In this document: in pieces, positions 48,682 to 59,800 of the stretch | Position numbering within the stretch: the first letter of the stretch is position 1 | Layout of the letters: each line of letters begins with the position of its first letter | Source: a bacterium | GTDB taxonomy: Bacteria > JAHJDO01 | Direction of reading: 5' to 3' | DNA: 64,000 bases | Assembly (NCBI GenBank): GCA_043824255.1 | Contig: JBDRTG010000027.1 | Location: forward strand, 64,001 to 128,000 | The notes under the pieces: generated by a model | Seen by the model: the letters and a program-made list of their open reading frames with translations, nothing else | What the model was told of the DNA's origin: nothing | The model's database searches: none | Program-made: the position numbers and the translations under genes

Positions 48682-49616
48682 ATCCCTCTGTTATAGTCCT
48701 TGTAGGTCCTACAGGTATAGGTAAAAGTAAAATCGCTGTAAGCCTTTCTGCATTCTTCCCTTCAGAAATTGTATCAGCAGATTCAATGCAGGTATATAAA
48801 TACATGAATATTGGAACAGCAAAACCCTCAAGAGAAGAGAGAAGAGCAATTCTTCATCACATGATAGATGTTATTTATCCTGATCAATATTTCAGTGCAG
48901 GGGAATATGCGAAAATGGCAAGAGATAAAATAAATAGAATTATTAACTCAGGCAAAACTCCAATACTTGTCGGGGGCTCAGGTTTATATATAAGAGCTGT
49001 AATTGACGGTCTTTTCTCTGAACCTATGGTCAAAGAGACTATTAAAAAAAGAGTAAGTAATCAGCTAGCTAATAAGGGTTCGCATTATCTGTATGGAAAG
49101 CTTAAAAAAGTTGATCCTACGTCTGCATCAAGGATTCATCCAAATGACTGGAGAAGAATAATCAGAGCTCTGGAAGTTTTTTTCTCAACAGGAGAGACTA
49201 TTTCAAGTCTTCAGAGTAAAGCCAGAGCAGAATCTATAAATTGCCAATATATCATAATAGGGATTAAGACAGAGCGCAAGAATCTTTATAGAAAAATTGA
49301 GAGCAGGGTGGATTTAATGTTCAAAAAGGGGCTTGCGAGAGAGGTTAGGCAGCTTATAAAAAGGGGATATAGTCAAGACCTTTTGCCTATGCAGAGTTTG
49401 GGCTACAAGGAAGTTTTGGGACATATAAACGGGCATTATGGTCTTGATGAGGCAAAAGCACTTCTTAAGAAAAATACCCGTCATTTTGCAAAAAGACAGA
49501 TGACCTGGTTTAACAAGGATTCTCGGATTAAGTGGATAGAAACAAGTGATATAGATAGAGAAACTGACTTGGTTTGTCACAGAATTCTCAAACTAACAGG
49601 ATTGCGAGAAATTTGA
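48678..49616 (+). CDS. miaA: tRNA dimethylallyltransferase
   Basis: [36 protein letters not shown]. Confidence 0.96.
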   Translation: MNPSVIVLVGPTGIGKSKIAVSLSAFFPSEIVSADSMQVYKYMNIGTAKPSREERRAILHHMIDVIYPDQYFSAGEYAKMARDKINRIINSGKTPILVGGSGLYIRAVIDGLFSEPMVKETIKKRVSNQLANKGSHYLYGKLKKVDPTSASRIHPNDWRRIIRALEVFFSTGETISSLQSKARAESINCQYIIIGIKTERKNLYRKIESRVDLMFKKGLAREVRQLIKRGYSQDLLPMQSLGYKEVLGHINGHYGLDEAKALLKKNTRHFAKRQMTWFNKDSRIKWIETSDIDRETDLVCHRILKLTGLREI

Positions 49617-49641
49617 CATGAAACATAAAATTTAATATCAT
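49613..49641 (+). promoter_or_regulatory. Sigma-70-type promoter
   Basis: TTGACA-N17-TATCAT. Confidence 0.65.
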
Positions 49642-49675
49642 GCGGATTGTATCCAAATATAAAGGAGATTGTGGT

Positions 49676-50476
49676 ATGTCAAGATTAGGAAAGAGTATAC
49701 GTTTGGAGAGGATAATTAATAGAAATACTGGGAGAACTGTTATTGTGCCAATGGACCATGGTGTAACCGTAGGTCCGATCAAGGGAATTGTGAATATGCG
49801 GGATATGGTAAATGACATTGCTGAAGGCGGCGCAAATGCAGTTTTAGGACACGTTGGCCTTCCCAAGCATGGTCACAGAAGACATGGTAAAGACATAGGA
49901 TTAATTTTGCATCTTTCTGGTAGTACTCTCTGGAGTCCTGACCCGAACGCAAAGGTGCTGGTAAATACAGTTGAAAATGCTCTGAAAATGGGCGCAGATG
50001 GAGTATCTGTTCATATAAATATTGGTGCTGAGAACGAGGCAGAGATGCTAAGGGATCTTGGTATGGTCAGTGTTGCATGTATGAACTGGGGCATGCCTCT
50101 TCTTGCAATGATGTATATACGTGGGAAGAAGTTCAAGAGTGAATCAGATGTTGAAGGAGTTAAACATGCGGCAAGGATTGCAGCAGAATTAGGTGCAGAT
50201 ATTGTTAAGGTTACATACACAGGGTCAAAGGAGACTTTTTTCGAGGTTGTTGAAGGATGTCCAATACCAGTAGTTATTGCTGGAGGGGAAAAAGCGTCTA
50301 ATGACAGCGAAGTGCTTGAAAATGTCAAAAACTCGCTGGAAGCAGGCGGAGCGGGGGTTTCTATTGGAAGAAATGCATTCCAGCATAAGCATCCTAAAAA
50401 GATGGTTGAGGCAATATGTGAGATTGTTCACAAGAATATATCTGTGAAGGATGCATTAGAAATTTTGAATTCTTAA
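49676..50476 (+). CDS. 2-amino-3,7-dideoxy-D-threo-hept-6-ulosonate synthase (AroA', DhnA-type aldolase)
   Basis: [42 protein letters not shown] before 49676; adjacent to DHQ synthase II. Confidence 0.85.
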   Translation: MSRLGKSIRLERIINRNTGRTVIVPMDHGVTVGPIKGIVNMRDMVNDIAEGGANAVLGHVGLPKHGHRRHGKDIGLILHLSGSTLWSPDPNAKVLVNTVENALKMGADGVSVHINIGAENEAEMLRDLGMVSVACMNWGMPLLAMMYIRGKKFKSESDVEGVKHAARIAAELGADIVKVTYTGSKETFFEVVEGCPIPVVIAGGEKASNDSEVLENVKNSLEAGGAGVSIGRNAFQHKHPKKMVEAICEIVHKNISVKDALEILNS

Positions 50477-50505
50477 TTCCGAATTTTTAATTAAGGAAAT
50501 AGACA

Positions 50506-51495
50506 ATGAAACAAGTTTGGGTTAATGCGAGACCGTGGAATAAAGAGATTGTTATTGCAGCTCTGGAATGTGGAGCAGATTTTGTTGTTGTTGATAGAGG
50601 ATTTAACGGGAAGGTAAAGGAACTGGGAAAAATACAAACTGTTTCCGAGGATGGAGATCTGCGAATAGACAAGGATGTTGCGCAAATAGAAATTAAGAAA
50701 AAAGAGGATGAAATCAAAGCAGCAACGATACATAACAAATGGATAGTTATTAAGACGCATGACTGGAAAATTATCCCTCTGGAAAATCTTATTGCCCAAA
50801 CAAAAGGGTTGATAGCAGAAGTTAAGAATTTACAGGAAGCAGAAGCAGCCTTGAATACCCTTGAGAAAGGGGTAGATGGTGTTTTATTGGATATAAAGAA
50901 TCCTGCTGAATTGAGAAAAGTGATTAAACAGCTAAAAACAGAAAGCGTCTTGCTATCTATTAAAAAAATAAAGATCAAGTCTGTAAAGTCACTAGGCGTT
51001 GGAGATAGGGTTTGCATAGATACATGTACTAATATGACTATTGGAGAAGGAATGCTGGTTGGCAATACAAGCTCAGGAATGTTTCTTTTGCATTCAGAAT
51101 CAGTAGAAAATCCGTATGTTGATCAAAGACCTTTTCGTGTAAATGCAGGAGGAGTGCATGCATATGTGATGGTTACAGAGGGAAAAACGCGATATCTTTC
51201 GGACCTTAAAGCAGGGGATAAGGCACTGATTGTAAACTGGGAAGGAAAGACACAAGAGGTAATTGTTGGTAGAATAAAGATTGAGAAAAGGCCTATGCTT
51301 CTTGTGGAAGGAACCTGCAACAAACAGAAAGTATCACTTGTATTACAAAATGCAGAGACAATAAGATTAGTAACTCCGGAAGGGAAACCAGTTTCTGTCG
51401 TCAGCTTAAAGCCCGGAGATGAAGTGCTCGGGCACATAGATAAAGCTGGCAGGCATTTTGGAATGAAAATTGAAGAAACTATAGTTGAAAAATAG
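50506..51495 (+). CDS. 3-dehydroquinate synthase II (AroB', archaeal type)
   Basis: DWKIIPLENLIA, GDRVCIDTC, RPFRVNAG, LQNAETI, GRHFG. Confidence 0.92.
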   Translation: MKQVWVNARPWNKEIVIAALECGADFVVVDRGFNGKVKELGKIQTVSEDGDLRIDKDVAQIEIKKKEDEIKAATIHNKWIVIKTHDWKIIPLENLIAQTKGLIAEVKNLQEAEAALNTLEKGVDGVLLDIKNPAELRKVIKQLKTESVLLSIKKIKIKSVKSLGVGDRVCIDTCTNMTIGEGMLVGNTSSGMFLLHSESVENPYVDQRPFRVNAGGVHAYVMVTEGKTRYLSDLKAGDKALIVNWEGKTQEVIVGRIKIEKRPMLLVEGTCNKQKVSLVLQNAETIRLVTPEGKPVSVVSLKPGDEVLGHIDKAGRHFGMKIEETIVEK

Positions 51496-51503
51496 TTATA
51501 ACA

Positions 51504-52697
51504 TCAGTGAGGGATTATCAAAATCTGACCTGGATTTAAGAGCTTAATTTGTGGCACTCTTTCCTTGTTTGCATCATAGATTAGTTTCCATTTTGCTCTG
51601 TCTCCATATATATCAGGATTTCCGGCTATGCTGTGTAATGTATCTCCTTTTTTAACCATATAGTATCTGGCAGGGTGTTTTTCTGTATTAATATGTTCTT
51701 TTGGGTAAAGAGCAGCTTGCTTTTTGCTGAGACGCTGCAATTTTTTTGCTGTTTCAATCTTGATAAAATGAGAAACAACATCCTCTTTATGGATCCATCC
51801 AAACCTGGGAGTTTGCGACTCCTTATCTTCAGTGATTTCTATAAAATACCAATCATCCAATCTGCTAATCATACTAAATTTTGTTTTTCTTAACGCGCTT
51901 GCGATAATTTCAGCATTCCTTGATGGTTCGGAGTAAATTGAAGCAGTTTTATTATTTATGATAACTGTGGGAATCAAAGGAGTACCTACATCTGGCAGGG
52001 TTATGGATATATCTCTAAAAAGCTGATCAGAAACCCGATATATCCATGTCTTTCTCATATGCAAAGCTGCCTTAAGACTTCCCATCACTAAGTCCTGTGG
52101 AGATAGATATAGTCTGCCTTCATGACTTGTAGATATACCGCTTGCCTGCCATAATAAGTTGCCTGTGTGTGAATCAACCATTTTTACAGAAACCCCAATA
52201 CCTACCTGGGAATAAATTACCCCATAGAATTTTCTGTAATGAGTAACCTTTCCGTAGATCAGGGCATCAGCAGGCAAGGTTTTTCCTATTTCCTGCGTTG
52301 ATTTTTCAAAGAGCTTATCAGGATCTATCAAACCTTGTTCTTTAAGTAAAGCATCACTCTTTTTGAGTTTCATATATGCATAGGATTTTGTGCTTATATG
52401 CCTGAAGAATGTATCTCTTAGGAGGTCAGCTATATCTTTTGGAAGATTGTTGTTTTTTATTTGAATGCTGCCATCTTTGCTTATTTCACGTGTTGTATTT
52501 TTAAATGGAAGTATTGCTACAATCTTAGGAGGATTTTTATAAAGAAAAGAGGATACTATATAATCTGGTTTATACTTTATTCCAAAATCCTCAAAAATAT
52601 GGTTATTTTTACTTTCTTTTCTGGTAAGTCTTAAGGAAGTGATGCAACCTGTAAGAAATACACACAATAAAACGAATACGAAAATCTTTTTTAACAT
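51504..52697 (-). CDS. Lipoprotein with DUF799/GNA1162-like domain, SH3-like segment and C-terminal LysM
   Basis: Lipobox LTG|C; VAILPF, ADALIYGKV, MVDSHTGNLLW; YMVKKGDTL.SIA...IYDAN...PGQILIIP. Confidence 0.75.
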   Translation of the reverse strand: MLKKIFVFVLLCVFLTGCITSLRLTRKESKNNHIFEDFGIKYKPDYIVSSFLYKNPPKIVAILPFKNTTREISKDGSIQIKNNNLPKDIADLLRDTFFRHISTKSYAYMKLKKSDALLKEQGLIDPDKLFEKSTQEIGKTLPADALIYGKVTHYRKFYGVIYSQVGIGVSVKMVDSHTGNLLWQASGISTSHEGRLYLSPQDLVMGSLKAALHMRKTWIYRVSDQLFRDISITLPDVGTPLIPTVIINNKTASIYSEPSRNAEIIASALRKTKFSMISRLDDWYFIEITEDKESQTPRFGWIHKEDVVSHFIKIETAKKLQRLSKKQAALYPKEHINTEKHPARYYMVKKGDTLHSIAGNPDIYGDRAKWKLIYDANKERVPQIKLLNPGQILIIPH

Positions 52698-53533
52698 ATA
52701 TTAGCTTTTTTTTTGATTTTTGGTAACACATCTAATACTGATTTATAACCCTCTGCTATGGCTTCTGCTCCTTTGTGGAATTCCAAGATAGAGATATGGT
52801 TTACCTCAGGATTAATTATTATGTCAGCTTTCTTTAGTTCTAGAACAGCTATTTTATATTCCATAATATAGAACGAATGCATTAAAACATCAATTATATT
52901 GGGAGTGTTCGGATCTATTTTTTTAGTTGATTTTGCCATGGATTTATTTCTCGTATGATTTCGTCCTCTTTTTTGAGGTTCAGGTATTACATTACAGGCA
53001 ATAGCAAATTCTGCTCCCATATTTCTTACTATATTTACAGGAACAGGATTCACTATACTTCCATCTACTAAAAACCTGTTTTCAAACTTTACAGGCGTAA
53101 ATATCACTGGAATTGAGATGCTTGCTCTTACAGCTTCAGCTACAGAACCGCTGTCAATCACTACTTCTCCTCCTGTAATGATGTCAGTAGCTATGACTTT
53201 AAATGGAATTTTTAAGTCCTTAAATTCTATGTCTCCGATAATGGAACACAGAAGCTCTTTAATCTTTTCTCCGTGAATAAATCCTTTTTTCAATATAGCT
53301 AAATTCGGATCAAGTAAAAGAGCCAATTGTCTCCAATCTATGTTTAATACGATTTCTTCAAGAGTATTTATTTCACCATCTTTAGCGAAACAGGCGCCTA
53401 CTAATGCTCCAATGCTTGTTCCGGCTATCATGTCAACAGGAATATTATTTTCCACTAAAGCTTTCAGAACTCCGATGTGAGCCAGACCTCTTGCAGCCCC
53501 GCCTCCCAGGGCAAGTCCTATTTTTTTATTCAT
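52691..53533 (-). CDS. Patatin-like phospholipase (RssA-like)
   Basis: GGGAARG, GTSIG, VDG. Confidence 0.92.
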   Translation of the reverse strand: MNKKIGLALGGGAARGLAHIGVLKALVENNIPVDMIAGTSIGALVGACFAKDGEINTLEEIVLNIDWRQLALLLDPNLAILKKGFIHGEKIKELLCSIIGDIEFKDLKIPFKVIATDIITGGEVVIDSGSVAEAVRASISIPVIFTPVKFENRFLVDGSIVNPVPVNIVRNMGAEFAIACNVIPEPQKRGRNHTRNKSMAKSTKKIDPNTPNIIDVLMHSFYIMEYKIAVLELKKADIIINPEVNHISILEFHKGAEAIAEGYKSVLDVLPKIKKKANIC

Positions 53534-53545
53534 TTCGTTACCCGT

Positions 53546-54085
53546 TTATTTTTCTTTCTTGTTGCTTTGATAATGAAATCGTGTCCCATAGACTTTTTGC
53601 GGAAAATCTCCTGTGGCATACTTGATCGTCCGACGCCCCTGTTCCACGTCTTCGTCTGCGTAAGCGTCAAGCACAGTCGCGATGAACAGATGTTTGTCGC
53701 CAGCGCCTACGGACTGTTCGACGCGACATTCCATATGCGCCAGACACTCGGCAATGATTGGTGTGTTGATATGGCGGGCGGGCAGGGGAGTCAATCCGCT
53801 TTCTTTGAACTTGTCCACGTCTCGTCCTGAATGAAGACCACAGTAGTAGATCTGGCGTTTCAGCTCCTGCGCAGGGACGTTGATGACAAACTCTCTGGTC
53901 TGCTGAATGAGTTCACAGGAATACGTCTTCTGTCCAATCGCGCAAGCAACCATTGCTGGTTCTCTGGATACGGGCATGCAGAAACTGACAGCGATGATGT
54001 TTGTCTGCCCGCTACTCCCGCATGTCACAAGATAGTGCTGCATGGGCCAGAAATATTTGAGATGCTCGGTCTCGATCTTGTTCAT
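53546..54085 (-). CDS. Flavin reductase-like (flavoredoxin) protein
   Basis: LVTCG, EFVINVP, CGLHSGRDVDKF, ECRV, GDKHLF; visibly more GC-rich than neighbours. Confidence 0.88.
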   Translation of the reverse strand: MNKIETEHLKYFWPMQHYLVTCGSSGQTNIIAVSFCMPVSREPAMVACAIGQKTYSCELIQQTREFVINVPAQELKRQIYYCGLHSGRDVDKFKESGLTPLPARHINTPIIAECLAHMECRVEQSVGAGDKHLFIATVLDAYADEDVEQGRRTIKYATGDFPQKVYGTRFHYQSNKKEK

Positions 54086-54124
54086 TACTGCCAAGCCCAA
54101 CATTAATTATTAAAGATTTACTTC

Positions 54125-54424
54125 CTAAAATTCGTTCATCAGTTCGTAGCATTGTCTGAGACTTGCAATGGATTTCAGAGTTGCCTGGAACAAAAGCCAG
54201 CTGAGTACAAGAATGCCTATTGTCAGTCCGATTTTCCAGGCTCGTGTTGTTTGCGGGCGCCACCATATCAGAGGAAGTGCCAGGGGGCCCACACAGCCAA
54301 CTGCAATGACAATAAAGGTTTTACTGAAATACCATTTAATCTTCTTCCTCATGAATTCGCCACAGTGCTTACACTTTATCGCTTCGTCCTGAATCTCTTC
54401 GGCACAGAATGGACACTTCTTCAT
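54125..54424 (-). CDS. Zinc-ribbon membrane protein
   Basis: [19 protein letters not shown] plus two TM segments. Confidence 0.85.
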   Translation of the reverse strand: MKKCPFCAEEIQDEAIKCKHCGEFMRKKIKWYFSKTFIVIAVGCVGPLALPLIWWRPQTTRAWKIGLTIGILVLSWLLFQATLKSIASLRQCYELMNEF

Positions 54425-54470
54425 TACTTATCTCTCCTAAATATCACCATATCTCAAATTGCTTAAAACC

Positions 54471-54740
54471 TCAATAAAGATTGTATACCTTCTTAATCCT
54501 TTCAATAACTGTCCAAGTACAACTGAGTCCTTTAGGGAATTGGACCAGGTCGCCTTTCCCAAACTCAACTTCTTCTGATACAGTCTTTACCTTAGCCCTG
54601 CCCTCTAAAATATAGCAGTCTTCATTGGAGTTATAAGACCATTCAAATGTGCTTGGTTCACACTCCCACAGGCTCCATTTATCTGTTCCCAGCTCCTTCA
54701 GCTTTTCCTCTGATGGCTTTTTAACTTTGATTTTTGTCAT
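54471..54740 (-). CDS. Cupin (DUF861 family)
   Basis: WECEPSTF.W.Y...E.CYILEG..GDLV.FPKG..CTW. Confidence 0.88.
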   Translation of the reverse strand: MTKIKVKKPSEEKLKELGTDKWSLWECEPSTFEWSYNSNEDCYILEGRAKVKTVSEEVEFGKGDLVQFPKGLSCTWTVIERIKKVYNLY

Positions 54741-54782
54741 ATCAACTACTCCTTCTCTCGTCTAATAGACGGCAATTTCATT

Positions 54783-57700
54783 CTATTCCTCATCCTTTTT
54801 TACCGTTGTGTGTCCTGCAATCTTAAGTGTTATGTCATCAATAATGGCATAGATACATGGAAGGACAATCAGGGTTAGCAGGGTGGCGCAAACAATGCCC
54901 CATACAATAGTGAGAGCCATGGGTCTTAAAAATGGGTCGTCTCCCCAGATACCGTAGGCGGTTGGTGCAAGACCCAATGCCGTTGTAATTGTAGTAAGTA
55001 GAACAGGTCTTAATCTTAACTGTCCGCTCTGGATGATAGAGGCTCGTCTCGTCACTCCTTTTCTGCGCAGATTATTGATGAAGTCAACGAGTACGATAGA
55101 GTCGTTTACTACAATACCGTTGAGTCCTACAATACCCATCATCATAAAGAAACTTATAGGAAGCTGATGGAAGAAAAATGCCCATATAACACCTATCAGG
55201 CCAAAAGGAATAGCCATCATTACTATAAGCGGCTGAATCAATGAGTTAAAATTAGCGGCTAATATCAGGAATATCAAGAAGAATGCCAGACCAAAGGCTT
55301 TAACAAAGCTGTTGACCATTTTGATATTCTCCTCTTGCTCTCCTGTGTATTTTATATCATAACCCGGATACTTCCCAGGGATGTACTTAAAGTTTTCAGC
55401 CAAAAGTTGATTAGCCTCTGAAGAAGTTATCTTTTTGGTATCAACATCAGTGTGAATTGTAATTACCCTTTTCCCGTCTAAGTGACGGATACGGGTTATT
55501 GATGTTCTGTCTTCCAGACGCGCGACTTTTTTTAGCGGGATAAGATTGCCGAATTTGTTTGGTATAAGTATTTTCTCAAAGGTTTCTTTTTTGCTGCGGG
55601 AAGTTTCAGGGAAACGAACAATTACATCAATTTCTTCCTCAGCTTTGGTCGGTTTAATAGATGTAGCAAGTCCACCTTTAAATGCAGAACGGATAGCAGA
55701 GGCAATCTCTTTTACTGAAAGATAGGAACGCGCTGCCTGTTCCTCATTAATTACAACCCGAATTTCACCTCTTCCTACTTCATAATCAGAGGCAATATCT
55801 GTTACTCCTTCTATGTTCTTCAGGAATGGAAATATCTCATCTGATATTTTTTCTAATACTGCGAAGTCTTCTCCGCGAATTCTAATCGCCACAGCTTTTC
55901 CAACAGGCGGACCTTCTTTGGGTTTTTCAAAATAAATTTTTTCAAATCCTTTAACATCTTTAGTTCTGTGTCTCAAGTCCTCAATAATTTGCTCAACGCT
56001 TCTTTCCCGCTCAGTATTTGGAGTAAGGTAAACTACAACCTGCGCTACGTGAGGGCCTGATTTTCCGTAAGGGTCAAACATCCATGTATTGCCAGAGGAA
56101 CCAACCTGAGTTGTATAGGCATCCAGCTCGTTTTCAGGAAGCTGCGCTACTTTCTCCTCAATCTCTTCTACTAACTTGTTTGTAGTATAAAGGTTTGTGC
56201 CTGATGAAGCTTCTACACGTACAAAGAACTGCTCTATACCTTCAGATCCAAAAAGGATAAAAGGCATTATCCTGCTTAGTGCAAAAGTTAGAAGGAGCAC
56301 CACGATAACACCAGCGAGCACCCAATAGCGCCGATTCAAAGCTTTGTTAATTATTCCCGTATAAAATTTGAGTAATGTCTTGAACCATGGCAGGTCCTTC
56401 TTTGATCTGTATTTCTTGTTTTTACCTATTCCAACAAAATCCGCAAAATGAGACGGGAGAATTACTAAAGCTTCAAACAGTGATGCGCTTAAAGCGATAA
56501 TCACAACTATCGGTATGCCCAATATAAATTTACCAATTATCCCTTCTATGAGCATAAGCGGACTGAAAGCTACAATAGTTGTAATTATTGTAGCTGTAAC
56601 AGGTTTAACGACTTCCTGTGTCCCGATAATAGCTGCCTGATGAGGATCTAAGCCTGTCTCCAGATGGCGCGCGCAATTCTCAGCCACAATGATCCCATCG
56701 TCCACTAACATTCCCAGAACTATGATCAGACCAAGCATCGTTATAAGATTTACACTTAAGCCTGTAAATCCCATGATTGTCAGTGTAACGCAAAAAGCAA
56801 TAGGGATTCCCAATGCTGTTAACAAAGCTACTCGATAGTTAAGGAATAACATAAGAACACATAAAACGAGAACCAATCCGATAATTCCGTTATTTCTTAA
56901 TACACCCAGCCTCCTTTCAATATAAAAAGATATGTCATTGATGTAGGAGACCTTTAATTTCGGGCCTGCTCTATGAATGAAGTCAGCTGTTTTATCCTTA
57001 ACAATCTTAACGATTTTGACTGTATCTCCTGCCGATTTTTTGATTACAGTTAGATTAATTGAACGTGTTCCAAAGCTTTTATTGATCACGTCCTCTTCTT
57101 TAAATGAAAAACGAACTGAAGCAATATCCTTTATGCGCAGCCAATTGCCAAGGTCATTGGCGCGTATAATCACGTTTTCAATCTCCTGCTTTTTGTGAAA
57201 TTCCCCGGTGGTACGGATGCTGAATTCTTTTTCCCCACGCAGTTTTCCGCCCGGAATACTGATGTTTTTCTCACGCAAAGCATTCATTACTTCTTCCACG
57301 CTGACGTGAAAGTCTTTCATTTTATCAGGATCCACCTCCACCCACACTTCTTCATCTCTCCAACCCCGTTTGGAGATAGACGAGACACCGGGTATATCCT
57401 CAAGTATATCCTCAAGGTTTTCTGCGTATTTTCGAAGTTCAGCCTCCGGCAAATCCCCGCTCAATGCGATTTCAATTGCTGGAACCTCACCTGTAGTGAT
57501 TTCTGTTACAATTGGATCTTCGGCATCGTCAGGAAGATCCTGAACCTGATCAACAGCTTGTTGAATATCATCTACAACTTTGTCTTTTGCATCGTGGCTA
57601 ATATTGATCATGATAGTAGAAACGTTTTCATCAGATATAGACTGTATCTCTTCAATTCCGTCTACGCCCTTGAGCTCTTTTTCAATAGGTACTGTTACTA

Positions 57701-57890
57701 ATTTTTCAATCTCTTCAGGAGGGGCGCCCGGATAAGCAGTGTTGATAACTACTGCATCCATTGAGACTTCAGGGAAGGCCTCTTTCCTTATTTTATAGAT
57801 GTATAAGGTATAGAAACCCGCAATCAGGATAAAAACTGAAATGAGATTAATTAAAAGAGAATGTTTTACGGAAAATTCACTTATTTTCAT
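54783..57890 (-). CDS. RND efflux permease (AcrB family)
   Basis: YPGA.PEE.E, GMLVDDGII, GIVVNDSI, RLRPVLLTT; 1035 aa. Confidence 0.94.
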   Translation of the reverse strand: MKISEFSVKHSLLINLISVFILIAGFYTLYIYKIRKEAFPEVSMDAVVINTAYPGAPPEEIEKLVTVPIEKELKGVDGIEEIQSISDENVSTIMINISHDAKDKVVDDIQQAVDQVQDLPDDAEDPIVTEITTGEVPAIEIALSGDLPEAELRKYAENLEDILEDIPGVSSISKRGWRDEEVWVEVDPDKMKDFHVSVEEVMNALREKNISIPGGKLRGEKEFSIRTTGEFHKKQEIENVIIRANDLGNWLRIKDIASVRFSFKEEDVINKSFGTRSINLTVIKKSAGDTVKIVKIVKDKTADFIHRAGPKLKVSYINDISFYIERRLGVLRNNGIIGLVLVLCVLMLFLNYRVALLTALGIPIAFCVTLTIMGFTGLSVNLITMLGLIIVLGMLVDDGIIVAENCARHLETGLDPHQAAIIGTQEVVKPVTATIITTIVAFSPLMLIEGIIGKFILGIPIVVIIALSASLFEALVILPSHFADFVGIGKNKKYRSKKDLPWFKTLLKFYTGIINKALNRRYWVLAGVIVVLLLTFALSRIMPFILFGSEGIEQFFVRVEASSGTNLYTTNKLVEEIEEKVAQLPENELDAYTTQVGSSGNTWMFDPYGKSGPHVAQVVVYLTPNTERERSVEQIIEDLRHRTKDVKGFEKIYFEKPKEGPPVGKAVAIRIRGEDFAVLEKISDEIFPFLKNIEGVTDIASDYEVGRGEIRVVINEEQAARSYLSVKEIASAIRSAFKGGLATSIKPTKAEEEIDVIVRFPETSRSKKETFEKILIPNKFGNLIPLKKVARLEDRTSITRIRHLDGKRVITIHTDVDTKKITSSEANQLLAENFKYIPGKYPGYDIKYTGEQEENIKMVNSFVKAFGLAFFLIFLILAANFNSLIQPLIVMMAIPFGLIGVIWAFFFHQLPISFFMMMGIVGLNGIVVNDSIVLVDFINNLRRKGVTRRASIIQSGQLRLRPVLLTTITTALGLAPTAYGIWGDDPFLRPMALTIVWGIVCATLLTLIVLPCIYAIIDDITLKIAGHTTVKKDEE

Positions 57891-59350
57891 AACGCGTCTT
57901 TCCAGTATTTGTCAAGCAGTGTATTTTTTGCCAGATCCAGGTCAATAAGGCTGACCCTGTATTTAAATAATGATGAGCTTAGATCCAGACTGGCTTGTAA
58001 TAAATCTTCTTCATAACGAATAATAATATCCGAGCTTGAACGTCCATAACTAAGATGCTTCATTTCTTCTTTTAGTTTGTTTTCCTGCAATTTGCTAATG
58101 GAAGTAAGCAGTTCAATTCGATTCTTCAGACTGTTTACTTCTTTAACTTTGTTGTTGATCTCTTTTAATATTAGTCGTTCAGTCCGTTTAAGGAAAAGAA
58201 GAAGCTGTTCCTTGTTTAGTTTTGCCTTTTCAAGGCCTGCCTTTGCCGAGCGGTTTTCAATGGGTATTCTAAAGGTAATCCCCGTAAAAAACTCGTAGTT
58301 ATTTTCGTCAGAAGTTTTATTCCACGAGTCTTGATAGTTTGAAGCCAGCCCGTTCTTCAGAAAACTGGCCTCCAGATCAATTTCAGGCCATAGAGCATTC
58401 TTTTTTATTTTTATATCTATATTTTGCGATTCTATTTTATTCTTTATAATCTTATAGTCCCTACGATGCAAGATTGCCTCCTTCAATATTGCATACACAT
58501 TGACGCTGTGCAGAGTGGTAACCAGCGGGTCAAGAGGTTGCAGCTGAATGTGTGTATCTTCTTCGTTCAGCAGGAATAACAGGTTGTTTTTTGCAATTTC
58601 CTTCTCAAGATGAGCTATAAGCACTTCATTTTTTCTTGTGCGCATATTGGCTTCAATTGCGAACAAGTCTACTTTTTCAGTTGTTCCTCTTTCATAGTTT
58701 TCTTTGTATATGGAATATAGCTTTTCAGCTTCTTTGAGCATATCTGATTTTATATTGAGTTCTTTTTCTTTGAGAACAACATTCCAGTAAGCCGCCTGGG
58801 CTTTATAAAGAGCATTCTCGATTTCATCTAAAGAGGAATATTCTACATTGTCTATATTGATTTTTGTTATCTTAATATTAGATCGGTCAGTTAGCCCAAA
58901 AAAGTTTTTCCCCAATGATTGATTGAGAGAAAATTTAATACTTGATTCATTATAGTTGTTTATTGCTGAAGAAGAGGAATTGGCATCAACTAATGAATGT
59001 TCTGCGTCTATTTTAATGCTCGATCCTGTTGGAAGCTTTTTCTCAAGTCCAAGTGAATATTCATTTGCAGCAGTTTTTGTTCTGGAGAGGGTTGTTGCGG
59101 TCTTTTTCTTATCATCCTCATAGCTTGCTTCTGAATTCACGAATGTATCAAAGATTGATTTTGCCTTTCCAAGAGATGTTCTTTCTTTATAGGCATCAAT
59201 CCTTGCAATCTGGATATCCAGTGAATTTTCGAGCGCTAATCGAGTAACATCATCAATTGAAATTTGTTTCGGAGAAGACGCATTATCAGCGAACAGACTC
59301 CAGAGAGGCAGAAAGAAAAATATAAAGACAAAAACAATTCTATTTCTCAT
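57887..59350 (-). CDS. TolC-family outer membrane channel
   Basis: Signal peptide, ALENSLDI, AYWNV, LWPEIDL; between MarR and RND genes. Confidence 0.85.
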   Translation of the reverse strand: MRNRIVFVFIFFFLPLWSLFADNASSPKQISIDDVTRLALENSLDIQIARIDAYKERTSLGKAKSIFDTFVNSEASYEDDKKKTATTLSRTKTAANEYSLGLEKKLPTGSSIKIDAEHSLVDANSSSSAINNYNESSIKFSLNQSLGKNFFGLTDRSNIKITKINIDNVEYSSLDEIENALYKAQAAYWNVVLKEKELNIKSDMLKEAEKLYSIYKENYERGTTEKVDLFAIEANMRTRKNEVLIAHLEKEIAKNNLLFLLNEEDTHIQLQPLDPLVTTLHSVNVYAILKEAILHRRDYKIIKNKIESQNIDIKIKKNALWPEIDLEASFLKNGLASNYQDSWNKTSDENNYEFFTGITFRIPIENRSAKAGLEKAKLNKEQLLLFLKRTERLILKEINNKVKEVNSLKNRIELLTSISKLQENKLKEEMKHLSYGRSSSDIIIRYEEDLLQASLDLSSSLFKYRVSLIDLDLAKNTLLDKYWKDAL

Positions 59351-59786
59351 GATTCAAGATACCTTTTAGTTTTTTCAAAATGCTTAGATAGCTGTTTCGT
59401 TCGCTTTCTGTCAGGTTAACAAAGACTTCCTGTGTTGCTTTTTGTTGTTGTGAACTTACCTGTTTAATAGTTTTTTCCCCTCTGGCAGTTAATCCAATGT
59501 GTATTACACGCCTGTCATTCTTATCATAAATTCGTTTAATCATTTTTATGAGGTGTAATCTGCTGACCAATCCTGTTGCTGCAGGAAGGCTAATGTTTAA
59601 TTCTCTGGCGATATCTTTCATCTTCAGCAGTTCATGTGTGTTTAATAGGTCAAGTAAAAGATACTGGGGGACAGTTATTTTGCCGCGCCCTAAGGCATCA
59701 GACTGTTTTTTTAGCATTCCTCTAATTACGTGTGGTAGTAATCGTGACATTTTGCTTGAGAATAATGTAAGAGAATGCTTTGCCAT
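59340..59786 (-). CDS. MarR family transcriptional regulator
   Basis: ITVPQY, DIARELNIS..AATGLVSRL, DRR..LT..G; GGGGGT RBS before 59786. Confidence 0.9.
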   Translation of the reverse strand: MAKHSLTLFSSKMSRLLPHVIRGMLKKQSDALGRGKITVPQYLLLDLLNTHELLKMKDIARELNISLPAATGLVSRLHLIKMIKRIYDKNDRRVIHIGLTARGEKTIKQVSSQQQKATQEVFVNLTESERNSYLSILKKLKGILNHEK

Positions 59787-59800
59787 TGTTAATACCCCCA

